Shown: positions 37,229 through 46,694 of the stretch, in pieces
Numbering within the stretch: position 1 is the first letter of the stretch
Layout of the letters: every line of letters begins with the position of its first letter
Source: Candidatus Nanohaloarchaea archaeon
GTDB lineage: Archaea > Nanohalarchaeota > Nanosalinia > Nanosalinales > Nanosalinaceae
Length of the DNA stretch: 52,894 bases
NCBI GenBank assembly: GCA_041639695.1
Contig: JBEQBQ010000003.1
Coordinates: forward strand, 12,505 to 65,398
Direction of reading: 5' to 3'
Notes under the pieces: generated by a model
The model's database searches: none
The model's input: only the letters and a program-made list of their open reading frames with translations
Told to the model about the DNA's origin: nothing
Translations under genes and position numbers: made by a program

Positions 37229-38143
37229 ATGGGTTTAGAAAGTAGAATCGAAGAACTTGTAGAAAGGGTCGATCAACTAGAGAAGAAAAATAGGGATTTA
37301 GAGGAAGAAAATAATCGGATAAAACAAGATTACAGAAAGATTAAGCAGGAGAACAAACAGATCAAAGCTAAATTGTTTGGAAGGAACTCCTCAAAAAATG
37401 GCAACAAAATTTCTCGCAGAGGTTTTCTGAAGAAGCTTGGTGTGGGTGCTGCTGGTCTTGGTGCTTTCGGTCTAGCATCAGCCTCAGGTCTGAAGCTTAC
37501 CAGGAACGGTATTTCGGGTAGCTCTGGTCTTGATTTCTTGGATTCGGGCTCTGAGTATTTTTCCTTAAGTTCTGGAGGCCCTTTAAAGCTGAATTCTGTT
37601 GACTTGGATTTATCGGGTAATACTATTACTGATTCAACGCAGGACTACCTCGACTTAACCGGCGACGGAAACAACGTTCGAATTGGAACAGGACAGGCGA
37701 TCGAGGATGGGAGCGGTTTCGGTCGTGTTGAAATACTTAGTAACGGGTCGTATCTTCATGGTGAAGGCGGTTCAAAGGATAACAGTCTAGGACTCAAGAA
37801 TGAGTCAAAATCGTATCTACGAATGGGGAAGAATGACTTCGATTTTATCGATAGAAAGGGTAGTTTTAGCGCATTTAAATATTACTCCTCGTCCTCAGCC
37901 CCCGGCACGCTGGAACTGACGAACGCGAGGTTGTATTCCACAGAAAACAACATCGTATATGAGGGAACGGGATTTGAAACTGGTTTTAGATTGTTTAATC
38001 GTTCTACGTCTAGTGCTACACCCACAGTTAATTTTGAAAATGATGACACTACAGGTACAGCCCGCCTGTGGGGTAAAGTGCAAAATGGAACTATGGAAAT
38101 TCTTGCCGAAGATGGAGATGGAAATACCACTACTATAAGTTAA
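37229..38143 (+). CDS. Second fibre/adhesin-like protein with coiled-coil leader and internal twin-arginine segment
   Basis: MGLESRIEELVERVDQLEKKN...ISRRGFLKKLGVGAAGLGAFGLASASGLKLTRNGI followed by a G/S/D/N-rich beta-strand region; ORF track start overlaps tRNA-Ser. Confidence 0.6.
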   Translation: MGLESRIEELVERVDQLEKKNRDLEEENNRIKQDYRKIKQENKQIKAKLFGRNSSKNGNKISRRGFLKKLGVGAAGLGAFGLASASGLKLTRNGISGSSGLDFLDSGSEYFSLSSGGPLKLNSVDLDLSGNTITDSTQDYLDLTGDGNNVRIGTGQAIEDGSGFGRVEILSNGSYLHGEGGSKDNSLGLKNESKSYLRMGKNDFDFIDRKGSFSAFKYYSSSSAPGTLELTNARLYSTENNIVYEGTGFETGFRLFNRSTSSATPTVNFENDDTTGTARLWGKVQNGTMEILAEDGDGNTTTIS

Positions 38144-38662
38144 TACCTTACCCAACAACCTGAACATCATTAAGTGGGGATCACTACCGTTCGCAGCAAT
38201 AAATATCCTTACTCATAGAGAAGAGAAAGTTTCAGACAGGAATTACGACCCTAGATAGCAAATCGTGAACTAGTCGACTTCGAGTGTTGAGGGACGGTCC
38301 TCAGCAACTGGCCCGCTAAACGTCTAAGTGGGGGCCCGAGAAATGATACGGGGTTTCGCCCCTAATTCAAACGGTTTCAGAATTGAAGATGGTGGAGATG
38401 TTGTGGCATGGGTTCAGCAGGTAACCAAACTACCTTGACATAAACTGATTGAACTTAGTAATGATCTCTGTCGGTGAAGTCACAGCTATCTGGCTCGATT
38501 TTAGTCTTTTCTCAATAAGGAAGAACAATATTTCGGATCTCTTATCGGTTTGAAGCAGAACCTCCGGTGAATGGCCGGTCGATGATAGTTATACGAGCAT
38601 TTCACTTGATGTGAGATGTACCCCCTGATCTGGAGCTAGAAAGAAGCATTAGTTGAACTACG

Positions 38663-39340
38663 TCATAAGAACCTTGGAACTTCCTCCATATAATCGCTGT
38701 ACCCATCGACTTCTTCTCGAACTTCTTCCTCCTCCTTTAAAGCAGCTCTATGGTAGACGAAGAGCAGGATCGGAAGCATGATTGTTGTCAATAGTGTCGG
38801 CCATCCTATGAACCATCCTATCACGATTAATGAAATTCCTATGTACTGTGGATGCCGAGAGTAAGAGTACACTCCGGATGTAACGAGTTCTTCATCGCTT
38901 GTGTAGAGTTGGTACCAGCCTATAGAGACTATAGCTGCTCCTATACCTGTTATTGCTAGTCCTATTAGCATCCAGAGGTTTAATCCGAAGTAGATTCCTA
39001 GTGCGGTGAACTCGAAGAGGTATGCCGGTGTCTGGGTTGCGGAGCCTAGACCGGAAGTAAGGTAAAGTGTCAAGGGGATACCATACATTTCAACGAATAG
39101 AGAGACTATGAATGCGGCGTATATTCCGTGGGAGCTCCAGTCGGTTTTGTGCCGGTACCTCAAAGGTATCAGGAAAAGCAGGAACCCTATAATACTAAGA
39201 GCGACCAGATCCCAGCGTTGCTGTATAACAACTAGGTTTTCAACCCTTCCGGTCATTAAGGCGAGGTAGTGTTGAAGAAATGCTGGGAGTGCTATCAGAC
39301 AAACGAGTGCTATTAATGCTCCAAGGATTTTCCTCTTCAT
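38663..39340 (-). CDS. Isoprenylcysteine carboxyl methyltransferase-family membrane protein
   Basis: AFIVSLFVEMYGIPLTLY, LVTSGVYSYSRHPQY, EE...Y..Y...VPRF. Confidence 0.88.
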   Translation of the reverse strand: MKRKILGALIALVCLIALPAFLQHYLALMTGRVENLVVIQQRWDLVALSIIGFLLFLIPLRYRHKTDWSSHGIYAAFIVSLFVEMYGIPLTLYLTSGLGSATQTPAYLFEFTALGIYFGLNLWMLIGLAITGIGAAIVSIGWYQLYTSDEELVTSGVYSYSRHPQYIGISLIVIGWFIGWPTLLTTIMLPILLFVYHRAALKEEEEVREEVDGYSDYMEEVPRFL

Positions 39341-39551
39341 ATCTAGGCGTGTTGTAGTTTCATTCAAATAGGTTTATCAGCGATAAGTATTGTTTCAAAA
39401 CAACGATTTCTTAATCTTCCATTCTTGCGGTTGTCAGGGTTCTGAAGCCCTAAAACAAACCGTTTAAGTAAGAGAGGGCCTTCTTCTACCCGTTGTTTGA
39501 GCAAAACCTGAAGTAAAGCCGGGCGACCGGAAATCAGGGAGGTGACAAATT

Positions 39552-40013
39552 TTGAAGAGAAAGATCTTGATAGGCCTTATCGCAGTAGGCATGGTAGGAA
39601 CCGTAGCAGCATCAAAGAAAGGGATGAGTTTTGATGACAGCTTCTTCAGCGATTCGGAAAAAGACTTTTTCAGCGATGATTTCGAGGAGAATTTCTTCGA
39701 GGACGACTTCTTTGAAGAAGAGTTCTTCGACAAGAAATCAAACAAGTTGAGCTTCATGAAGACTTCCACCAGTTCAAGCTTTGAGAAAAGCTCAAGCTCC
39801 AGCACCAAGGAGTACAGCATGAAGGATCAGAAAACCAGCTCTACGAAAGACTCCTGGTCCAGCAAAGAATTCGAGAAGGACATGAAGAAAGATGACAGTA
39901 ATGAAACAAAGGAAGACAAGCAAATGAAGGAAGAAGAGAGCAAGGAAAAAGAACAGGAAAGCAAAGAGAAAGACGAGAAGGAGGATGAAAAATACAACAA
40001 GGACGACAAGTAA
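39552..40013 (+). CDS. Secreted low-complexity protein (F/D/E block, S/T block, K/E block)
   Basis: Signal peptide MKRKILIGLIAVGMVGTVAAS; GGAGGTG then TTG start; downstream terminator. Confidence 0.7.
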   Translation: MKRKILIGLIAVGMVGTVAASKKGMSFDDSFFSDSEKDFFSDDFEENFFEDDFFEEEFFDKKSNKLSFMKTSTSSSFEKSSSSSTKEYSMKDQKTSSTKDSWSSKEFEKDMKKDDSNETKEDKQMKEEESKEKEQESKEKDEKEDEKYNKDDK

Positions 40014-40018
40014 GGGTT

Positions 40019-40047
40019 CCGGCATAGAGGCCGGCTTTTTCTCTTTC
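40019..40047 (+). terminator. Hairpin plus pyrimidine tract
   Basis: CCGGC-ATAGAG-GCCGG followed by CTTTTTCTCTTT just after the stop codon. Confidence 0.55.
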
Positions 40048-40200
40048 TTACTAGAGGAACTTTGCATGGTTGTATAATCCCTCAATATTGGTTTTTTGAG
40101 GAATTTAGGGACTGAAAGAATCCGTATAAATTCAGGAAGCCTCAAGATCTACTGTCCTTTCCCAAAACCCTTTAACAACCATTAATGGAGGTGAAAAAAT

Positions 40201-41211
40201 TTGAAGAAAAAGCTAGTATTGGCCTTTACCACAATTGGTCTCGTTGCGTCAAGCTCCGCATTTGTCAACTTTGATTCAAGCTTCGGAGACTTCGATACAT
40301 CGATTGATTTCGAGGATTCTGACGAGAACGAAAGCTTCTGGGACAACGGAGACTTCTGGGACGATGACTTCTTCGACGACTCTGAAGACGAAGAAGATAC
40401 TGAAAACAACACCGAACAGCCTGGGTGTCAGGAAGGAGAAGTCCATATACCTGAGGATCAGGACTGTGACGGCGAGATCGACGACCGGTTCAGATCCAAT
40501 AACTCTGAAGACTCCGAAAACGAGTCTGAAGCAGGAATCTGTGTGATCGGTGTCGACAGCCCATGTAACTCGGAAGAGTACGATGGCGACAACGAATCCT
40601 ACGAATCTGAAAACGAGGCCGAAGTTGAAGAGAGGCATGTCACTCCCGCACCTGAACCCGAGGCTGCAGGCGAGAACTGGATCTCGTACCCGAACCCGAG
40701 AGACCACGTACTGAACTATGACACGATCAACGACCACGGCGACATCAAAGTATGTACAGTACTGCTCAACCAGAACGACCAAGTAATCACAGGAGAATCA
40801 GTTAACGTAGAATTCTCTGTAGACACTAACATTTCCGAAGGTGTTTCGGAGTACACCGACTCAAATCCTGTCAGGTTCGACACGCCTTTGAACCAGGTAG
40901 CGGATCTAGTAGGCACTTCGGACGAATACCGTGAAGGCGATGGAATGCTCGACGCAGAATGCGCCGAGTACCATAATCTTCCGTTCGGAACCTACACTTA
41001 CAGCAACATGACTGTTTCAGGTGAAGACTCCGGGCAGGTCGAAGTAGTCGGCCTTACCGAGTACTGGGACGACAGGCCTGAAGGCAACCCCTTCAACCTT
41101 GATCTGAACAGTTATGGGGAGAACAGGCTTTCCGACGGAGTACTGAGAATAACTCCCGATGAAGACAACAACCACGCAGAAGTTATTTTCGTTGCAAAGA
41201 TTGAAGCCTAG
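40201..41211 (+). CDS. Secreted acidic Cys-containing protein
   Basis: Signal peptide, F/D-rich block, DQDCDGEIDD and CVIGVDSPCN motifs, beta-rich C-terminus; GGAGGTG then TTG start. Confidence 0.75.
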   Translation: MKKKLVLAFTTIGLVASSSAFVNFDSSFGDFDTSIDFEDSDENESFWDNGDFWDDDFFDDSEDEEDTENNTEQPGCQEGEVHIPEDQDCDGEIDDRFRSNNSEDSENESEAGICVIGVDSPCNSEEYDGDNESYESENEAEVEERHVTPAPEPEAAGENWISYPNPRDHVLNYDTINDHGDIKVCTVLLNQNDQVITGESVNVEFSVDTNISEGVSEYTDSNPVRFDTPLNQVADLVGTSDEYREGDGMLDAECAEYHNLPFGTYTYSNMTVSGEDSGQVEVVGLTEYWDDRPEGNPFNLDLNSYGENRLSDGVLRITPDEDNNHAEVIFVAKIEA

Positions 41212-41386
41212 TACCCCGGTATTCTTCTTTTCTCTTTTTTAGAAAGAGTTTCTGGATACATTATTGTTTGTCCAGATCTATTTAGGATGCATACGTCAGC
41301 TGAAAATCTATTGAGCGCGTCCGGATAAAGTTTTTACGAGCCGCTTCACCCACAATTTTTAAGTGCTACTTGACAATAACAAAGAC

Positions 41387-41662
41387 ATGGCTGCAGGAAA
41401 CCATGATTACAACCAAGACGACTCGGATATTTATTCAAGTCCATTAACTGAGCCGTCAGTATATGCCGAACCTATACTGATGACTGAATACGGCGCTGCT
41501 GGAGGAGCTATAGGTGGCGCGGCCTCCGGAGGAGAGGGTGCGGCAGTCGGGATAGTAATAGGAGGATTCCTTGGATACGTACACGGAATGGCCGATCATG
41601 GTAAAGGACTAGGAAGCAAACAGGCAGCATGGATCAAAGATGTCCTGACAGAGGAAGAATAA
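41387..41662 (+). CDS. Small glycine-zipper protein
   Basis: YGAAGGAIGGAASGGEGAAVGIVIGGFLGYVHG. Confidence 0.6.
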   Translation: MAAGNHDYNQDDSDIYSSPLTEPSVYAEPILMTEYGAAGGAIGGAASGGEGAAVGIVIGGFLGYVHGMADHGKGLGSKQAAWIKDVLTEEE

Positions 41663-41715
41663 GTAACTAAGGCGTTTTTACTTAATTATTGCTTCTATAT
41701 GATTATTAGGAGATT

Positions 41716-42486
41716 TTATTTAGCACCTCTTACGATCTGACTGTACTTCATCAACCCTACAAAGACCGCTCCCCCTATTGCGTTCCCGATAGTGGCGAGT
41801 GAGAGGAACGAAATGTAGTCGGTTAAGCTAATGCTGGGTGATGTAAACAGTCCGAACAGCACTTCCACGTTACCTGCTATGGGGTGTGGGAGGTGTAGTA
41901 TTCCGATAGTTGCTGTTACGATCCAGATTATGAAAACCCTGCTCAGTGTTTCCTGTGCGGCAGTTATTAGCCATGCAAGCAAGCCCATCAACCATCCTGC
42001 GAACATCGCGGCGATTAGCAGCCAGTGAAGATTGTGGCACACCAGTTTGAGTGCGATGGTCTCGAAAGCTGCGGGACTAACTACGTCAAGACCTGGCATC
42101 AGAAGCACAGCTAGACCTGTAAATATGGCTCCTCCTACTATGTTACTGGTGAATACGATGCCCCAGAGACGTCCAGGTTTTTTCATGGATGCCTTTCCGT
42201 CAAGAACCGGTATCACTGCCAAGGTGTTGTGCTCAGTAAACAGCTCGGAACGTCCAAGAACCACAAGGATGAAGCCTACGGCGTAAGCGCTCATAATCAG
42301 TAATTCGGTTCCCAGATCGCCGTAGCTCCCGGCCGAAAGGGTAAGTATCACGCCCATAAGCAGCGGCCCGAAACCTATGTCAAGTCCTGCCTAAAGCCCT
42401 GAGATGAAAAGTCCGTCACCGTCCCTGTTCAGCTCGTGGGCTCTCTTTTCTATCATCGAGTCAAGGACTTCACGGGTTGGCTTCAT
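41716..42486 (-). pseudogene. Formate/nitrite transporter (FNT) family gene interrupted by an in-frame TAG
   Basis: MKPTREVLDSMIEKRAHELNRDGDGLFISGL*AGLDIGFGPLLMG...GRSELFTEH...GNAIGG; TAG at 42393-42391 (codon 32). Confidence 0.82.
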
Positions 42487-42621
42487 AAGTTCGAAAGTTT
42501 AGAAAACTGCTTCTTTTCAATTTCCTATACTGGTTTGGCGGCGTACCGGTTGTTTCTGCTCTAAAATCACTCTCTTTGTTGTCGATTAATAGTAATAAAA
42601 GTTTATGTCTACTATAGTTGT

Positions 42622-43827
42622 ATGGCTGATCACTACAGCGTAAATGTTGGGTGGGACAAACCTATACCTCTAAATGATGTCCTAGAATATCTGGAGAAAG
42701 TGGATGAAGAGTCTAGTTTTTCTCCAGAATTCAAAGATCCGCAGTTCAAGGATCAAATAGATTCGATAGTTACGACAGGAGACGGCAACTTCGTAAAATA
42801 CGGGACAATCGTATTCAAACCTGAAATAGGGTCAAGAAATAGGAGATCGGGCTCAGCCGGCATAGTAATGCAGATAGATGGAGACTCCCCAACCAATAAC
42901 ACCGAACTATACATTTACTCGACTTCGAGCAAGTACGATGATCACGTTGACCAGATGGCTGAGACATGGACTCCGGAAAGCTCCAAAGATATAATTACTA
43001 GAGAAGATATCGGGGGATACGAAGAAGAGATGGAAACAGTATGGAACAACGTAGTTAGGCCTATTGAGAATCCGAACCTCTTCAGGAGCGCTGGATACGA
43101 ACCAGACGGAGTTATACTCTACGGACCTCCGGGCACCGGAAAATCGATGATAGCAAATGCTGCTGCAAACGAGGCAGGTGCCGAACTCATAGAAATTCAA
43201 CCTGATGAGATATTTGGCAACTTGGTTGGAGATTCCGAACAAAACGTAAAGGAACTCTTTGAATACGCCAGAGAAAACACGCCTTCCGTGCTACTGATGG
43301 ATGAAATCGACTCTCTGACCAGTGAAAGATCAGAAAGCGACGATGGCGTAGAAACCAGAGTAAAAAATATGATACTAAGCGAGACACAGGACTTAAGCAG
43401 CAACCTAGACATACAAATGGTGGGAACCACCAACAGACTTGAAGCATTAGATTCAGCCTTCCTAAGGCCGGAAAGGTTCGGAACACATGTTAACATCGGT
43501 GAGCCTGGAGAGGAGGCAAGAAAGGAGATATGGAAAGTTCATACACGGCTTCCGGGGGAAGAGTCTGAGGACGTGCCTGTAGAGGCAGAAATAGACTACG
43601 AAAAGTTAGCAGCCGAGTCAGAAGGTCTTGTCGGCGCTGACATCAGGAATATGCTCTACGATGTTATGAGCGAAAATATTGCCGAGGTGTCGAGTTCAGT
43701 CGAGAACTTCGATGAGGCTAGGTTTGAAGACCATGCAGATGATCTCAGAATTACTGAAGAAGAACTACTAGATATACTGGAAGAGGATGAAGACAGCAGT
43801 CCTTCAGGTAATATTGGCTTTAACTAG
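42622..43827 (+). CDS. Single-domain AAA+ ATPase (CDC48/PAN clade-like) with unrecognised N-terminus
   Basis: DIGG, GVILYGPPGTGKS, LLMDEIDS, TTNRLEALDSAFLRPERF, GADI. Confidence 0.88.
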   Translation: MADHYSVNVGWDKPIPLNDVLEYLEKVDEESSFSPEFKDPQFKDQIDSIVTTGDGNFVKYGTIVFKPEIGSRNRRSGSAGIVMQIDGDSPTNNTELYIYSTSSKYDDHVDQMAETWTPESSKDIITREDIGGYEEEMETVWNNVVRPIENPNLFRSAGYEPDGVILYGPPGTGKSMIANAAANEAGAELIEIQPDEIFGNLVGDSEQNVKELFEYARENTPSVLLMDEIDSLTSERSESDDGVETRVKNMILSETQDLSSNLDIQMVGTTNRLEALDSAFLRPERFGTHVNIGEPGEEARKEIWKVHTRLPGEESEDVPVEAEIDYEKLAAESEGLVGADIRNMLYDVMSENIAEVSSSVENFDEARFEDHADDLRITEEELLDILEEDEDSSPSGNIGFN

Positions 43828-44085
43828 ATGAATTTATAGATGGGGTTGGCTCACGATCTAAGCTGTAGTTGATTTGCTTGATACAGTAATTGGCTTTATG
43901 AAGTCTGAAGGAATTGAAGAGCTTGGTTGGGCTAAAAAAGAAACTCCTGTAGCCGGAAGAGATAAATTGGCAGGTCTCAAGGAGTTCAAAAAGTTCAGAG
44001 AAGGTTAAGCTGACGGTTATTTCTATGGCTGTCTTAAATCTAGAAACTTTAAGCAGAAGATTTTTGGTTTAGATTCGATAGATGG

Positions 44086-44853
44086 CTACTCGTCTTTCTC
44101 TAGATTGAAGCTTTCGTCCGGAGGTGTCTGCATCATGTCTGTCGGTATTGCAATATCTGCTTCTTCCTCGTTCTCCTGAACCCATTTGTCCGTTACTGTT
44201 ACCTCCTCGACTATTTTCACTATACCTGTTTCAACGCTTAGCACGTATTTTTCCGGAGCGCCGGGGTTAAGCTCAAACTTGTTCTCTGGAGTTCTTCTAA
44301 ACCTGGGGGTGATATCAGAGTTTAGGTCCGATTTTCTGATCTCTTGCGTCATGAAAGTTTCAACGTCCCTGGGTTCTGCATCATAACCGAATCCATTCAG
44401 ATACATGCAAAGCTCTTCTGAATCCAGAGGTCTGTCATTAGGATTGAACTTATCTCTGCAGTAAGATGAGGTCAAACCGTGTCTCGATGAAGTTACATCC
44501 CCCAGCGCAAGCAAGATTACGTGTGAAGGGTCTAACCAGATATCTTCGACTTCTTCCAAGTCCTTTTTCAAGTTGCCGTAAATTTCCTCCGGAATGAGTT
44601 CAGAGTCCTGTTCTATCCCGGTAATGTCAGTTCTTTCGTAAAACTCTCTATCCGCCAGTCTGTGGGACGGAACCTCTCCCTCATAGTAATCTAGGTATTC
44701 AACCTCATCAGTATAGTCGTCATGGTTGACAAAATCAAATTCTTCTTCATCCATAAGTGCGCCTAGACGCATCACCTGGCTCATCGAAACTCCGTACTCA
44801 TCCGCTATTTCACTCATCCTATGAGGTGTAGACATCAAGCCCGTATTCATCAA
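44086..44853 (-). CDS. Acidic hypothetical protein
   Basis: 255-aa ORF, possible N-terminal HTH (MSEIADEYGVSMSQV). Confidence 0.7.
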   Translation of the reverse strand: MMNTGLMSTPHRMSEIADEYGVSMSQVMRLGALMDEEEFDFVNHDDYTDEVEYLDYYEGEVPSHRLADREFYERTDITGIEQDSELIPEEIYGNLKKDLEEVEDIWLDPSHVILLALGDVTSSRHGLTSSYCRDKFNPNDRPLDSEELCMYLNGFGYDAEPRDVETFMTQEIRKSDLNSDITPRFRRTPENKFELNPGAPEKYVLSVETGIVKIVEEVTVTDKWVQENEEEADIAIPTDMMQTPPDESFNLEKDE

Positions 44854-44898
44854 GAAACTCTTTAATCTGCTAGGTAGTATTTTGAGAATCCTAGAGAG

Positions 44899-45999
44899 CT
44901 ATGGGGATAAGTAATTAGCAGGACCCGGAACTGAATTTTCTGGTCGATACAGCCGAACTTTGTTAGGTGATTCTTTGACTCCTTTTTGGTCTTCAGGCCA
45001 TCTTTTCCAGTAAAAGTCTGCATCGGGACCATGTTCCATTAATTCTATTTCTTCCGGCATATGGTCGTCAAAAACCACTCTACCTTCATCTGGATTGCTC
45101 CATCCTAAAAGCGTTACTTCGAGATATGCTCCTTCCTCAGAACTGAGCGAATCAATAATATTAGTAGTTCTTTCTGAATCAACGTAATCAAAAACATTAT
45201 TGAAAAATATGGCGTCGTATTCACCAGAAGCATTTCTTACATCCTCTATTCTTATATTATCTACAGCGGAAAAGCTATTAACATCTTTAAGTACCTCTTC
45301 CCAGTTATAACTGGCTTTACCGGCATCTGATAGCGTTAATCTATCTGGCCCATCTTCTCCAACGCCCTCTATTAAATGTGCCCAGGTCACATCATCCTCA
45401 TGTTCTTTAGAGTGGTTTTTGAGTTCTCTAATTCGGTGTAATGATTTTTCACTATCCAAGTTCTTTGCACCCAACTTATCCAATAGTATTTCGGAAAAGC
45501 TAAACTCTGGCTCTTCTCTTTCAAATTCGGACTCATATAGTATGTCTTCCGCAAATCCATAATCATGGTTCCACCAGTTCGAACTAGCAAAATCCTGATG
45601 TTGTTTAATATTATTGTTTAAATCCTCTCGGTCAATTCCTATAGCTTCTAACTCGGTTCGATAATTCCAAGTATGTAATACCCCATTTTCAACTTCTGCG
45701 CTATAATCGAAAAGCTGTGCTTTGACTTCGTCTTGGTTATAGCCTTGGGCAAACTGGTGTGAGACAAAAGCCTGTAGGTATGCTGTCAGAGGATTTCTTT
45801 CTACAACATCTACATCGGCTTCAGGATGGTCGTCTTTGAAGTCATGAGCGTACATGGTGCCTCCGACAAAGAGGACATCTGAATTCTCGTAATCCAGACC
45901 GTCCTCTTCAAAAATATCTGCTACATCTCTGAAGTAGGGAAGGTGCTGATTAGGATAAACATATACATTATCTTCATCAGCAAAATGTTCCTCATTCAT
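44899..45999 (-). CDS. Hypothetical protein, possible class I SAM-methyltransferase fold
   Basis: DVLFVGG, VDVVERN, EDVRN, YDAIFFNNVFDY; AT-richer codon usage. Confidence 0.55.
   Translation of the reverse strand: MNEEHFADEDNVYVYPNQHLPYFRDVADIFEEDGLDYENSDVLFVGGTMYAHDFKDDHPEADVDVVERNPLTAYLQAFVSHQFAQGYNQDEVKAQLFDYSAEVENGVLHTWNYRTELEAIGIDREDLNNNIKQHQDFASSNWWNHDYGFAEDILYESEFEREEPEFSFSEILLDKLGAKNLDSEKSLHRIRELKNHSKEHEDDVTWAHLIEGVGEDGPDRLTLSDAGKASYNWEEVLKDVNSFSAVDNIRIEDVRNASGEYDAIFFNNVFDYVDSERTTNIIDSLSSEEGAYLEVTLLGWSNPDEGRVVFDDHMPEEIELMEHGPDADFYWKRWPEDQKGVKESPNKVRLYRPENSVPGPANYLSP
44913..44935. repeat. Degenerate direct repeat of the tRNA-Pro 3' end (att-like)
   Basis: AATTAGCAGGACCCGGAACTGAA versus AATTGGCAGGACCCGGATTTGAA at 46692-46714 (20/23 identical). 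Confidence 0.7.
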
Positions 46000-46135
46000 G
46001 TTGTTACTTTATAATTGCAACAATAAAAGCATTACGGTGCGAAACTTTTCAACCACTTTAATATTTTAGTAGAAACAAGGATACAGAGATTCTGAAGCAA
46101 GTCCTAAACAAGTCCTCGGGACAGTCAGGAATCAT

Positions 46136-46315
46136 TCAAGGTAATAATGCAATCAGAAGTGTGAAAACTGTTTCAATTGCTTTTTCCAAGCCTGAAAGAA
46201 GAGGAGAATCTCCTACAATTGGCAGATTCAAAACAAAAGCAAATACAATAGCGAACATAGTGAGGGTAACGAGAACCTTCACTGCCTGACTAAAATCTAC
46301 TTCTGCAATATCCAT
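46136..46315 (-). CDS. Small membrane protein (59 aa)
   Basis: Manual ORF MDIAEVDFSQAVKVLVTLTMFAIVFAFVLNLPIVGDSPLLSGLEKAIETVFTLLIALLP. Confidence 0.5.
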   Translation of the reverse strand: MDIAEVDFSQAVKVLVTLTMFAIVFAFVLNLPIVGDSPLLSGLEKAIETVFTLLIALLP

Positions 46316-46366
46316 AACTTATCTATGTACATCAAATTTACAACAAGAATTCCGGAATAAATCTCT

Positions 46367-46627
46367 ATGAATACTGCCAACTATGATGTTGAAGACCTCA
46401 AGAACTTTCTTTTGGCTTCAATAATAGGCGTAATATCGTTAACTGTAATCGGTTATGCAGGTTGCTCTATACTTTCAAAGTTGGGCGGGACTGCAATTAA
46501 ACGGTGCCAAGCTATTAATTTGATGATTTCACTTCCTTCAGGAATATTCATCGTATTATTTTTTATTCTGATAGGGATATTGGTTAAATCCTTTAGAGAT
46601 AGTCAGGGAGCCAGAGCAAGAGCTTGA
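46367..46627 (+). CDS. Small two-TM membrane protein
   Basis: 86-aa AT-rich ORF, two helices with a Cys pair. Confidence 0.55.
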   Translation: MNTANYDVEDLKNFLLASIIGVISLTVIGYAGCSILSKLGGTAIKRCQAINLMISLPSGIFIVLFFILIGILVKSFRDSQGARARA

Positions 46628-46694
46628 AATACAAAAGAACTCAAGAAAACCGTCGGCAGTTCCCACATCCCTATGAAATGTGGAGATATGCAAT

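Noticed and set aside
38200-38600. RNase P RNA candidate
   Set aside because: Conserved GAGGAAAGUCC and AACAGAA...GCUUA elements not found on either strand
35481-38662. Provirus or diversity-generating retroelement explanation for the fibre-like genes
   Set aside because: No integrase, capsid, terminase or reverse transcriptase, and no template/variable repeat pair visible in the window
42391-42393. Pyrrolysine or stop-codon reassignment
   Set aside because: TAG, TGA and TAA all terminate conserved genes at expected lengths; no pyl genes seen
43898-44008. 36-aa ORF MKSEGIEELGWAKKETP...
   Set aside because: Too short, no motif, no clear initiation signal
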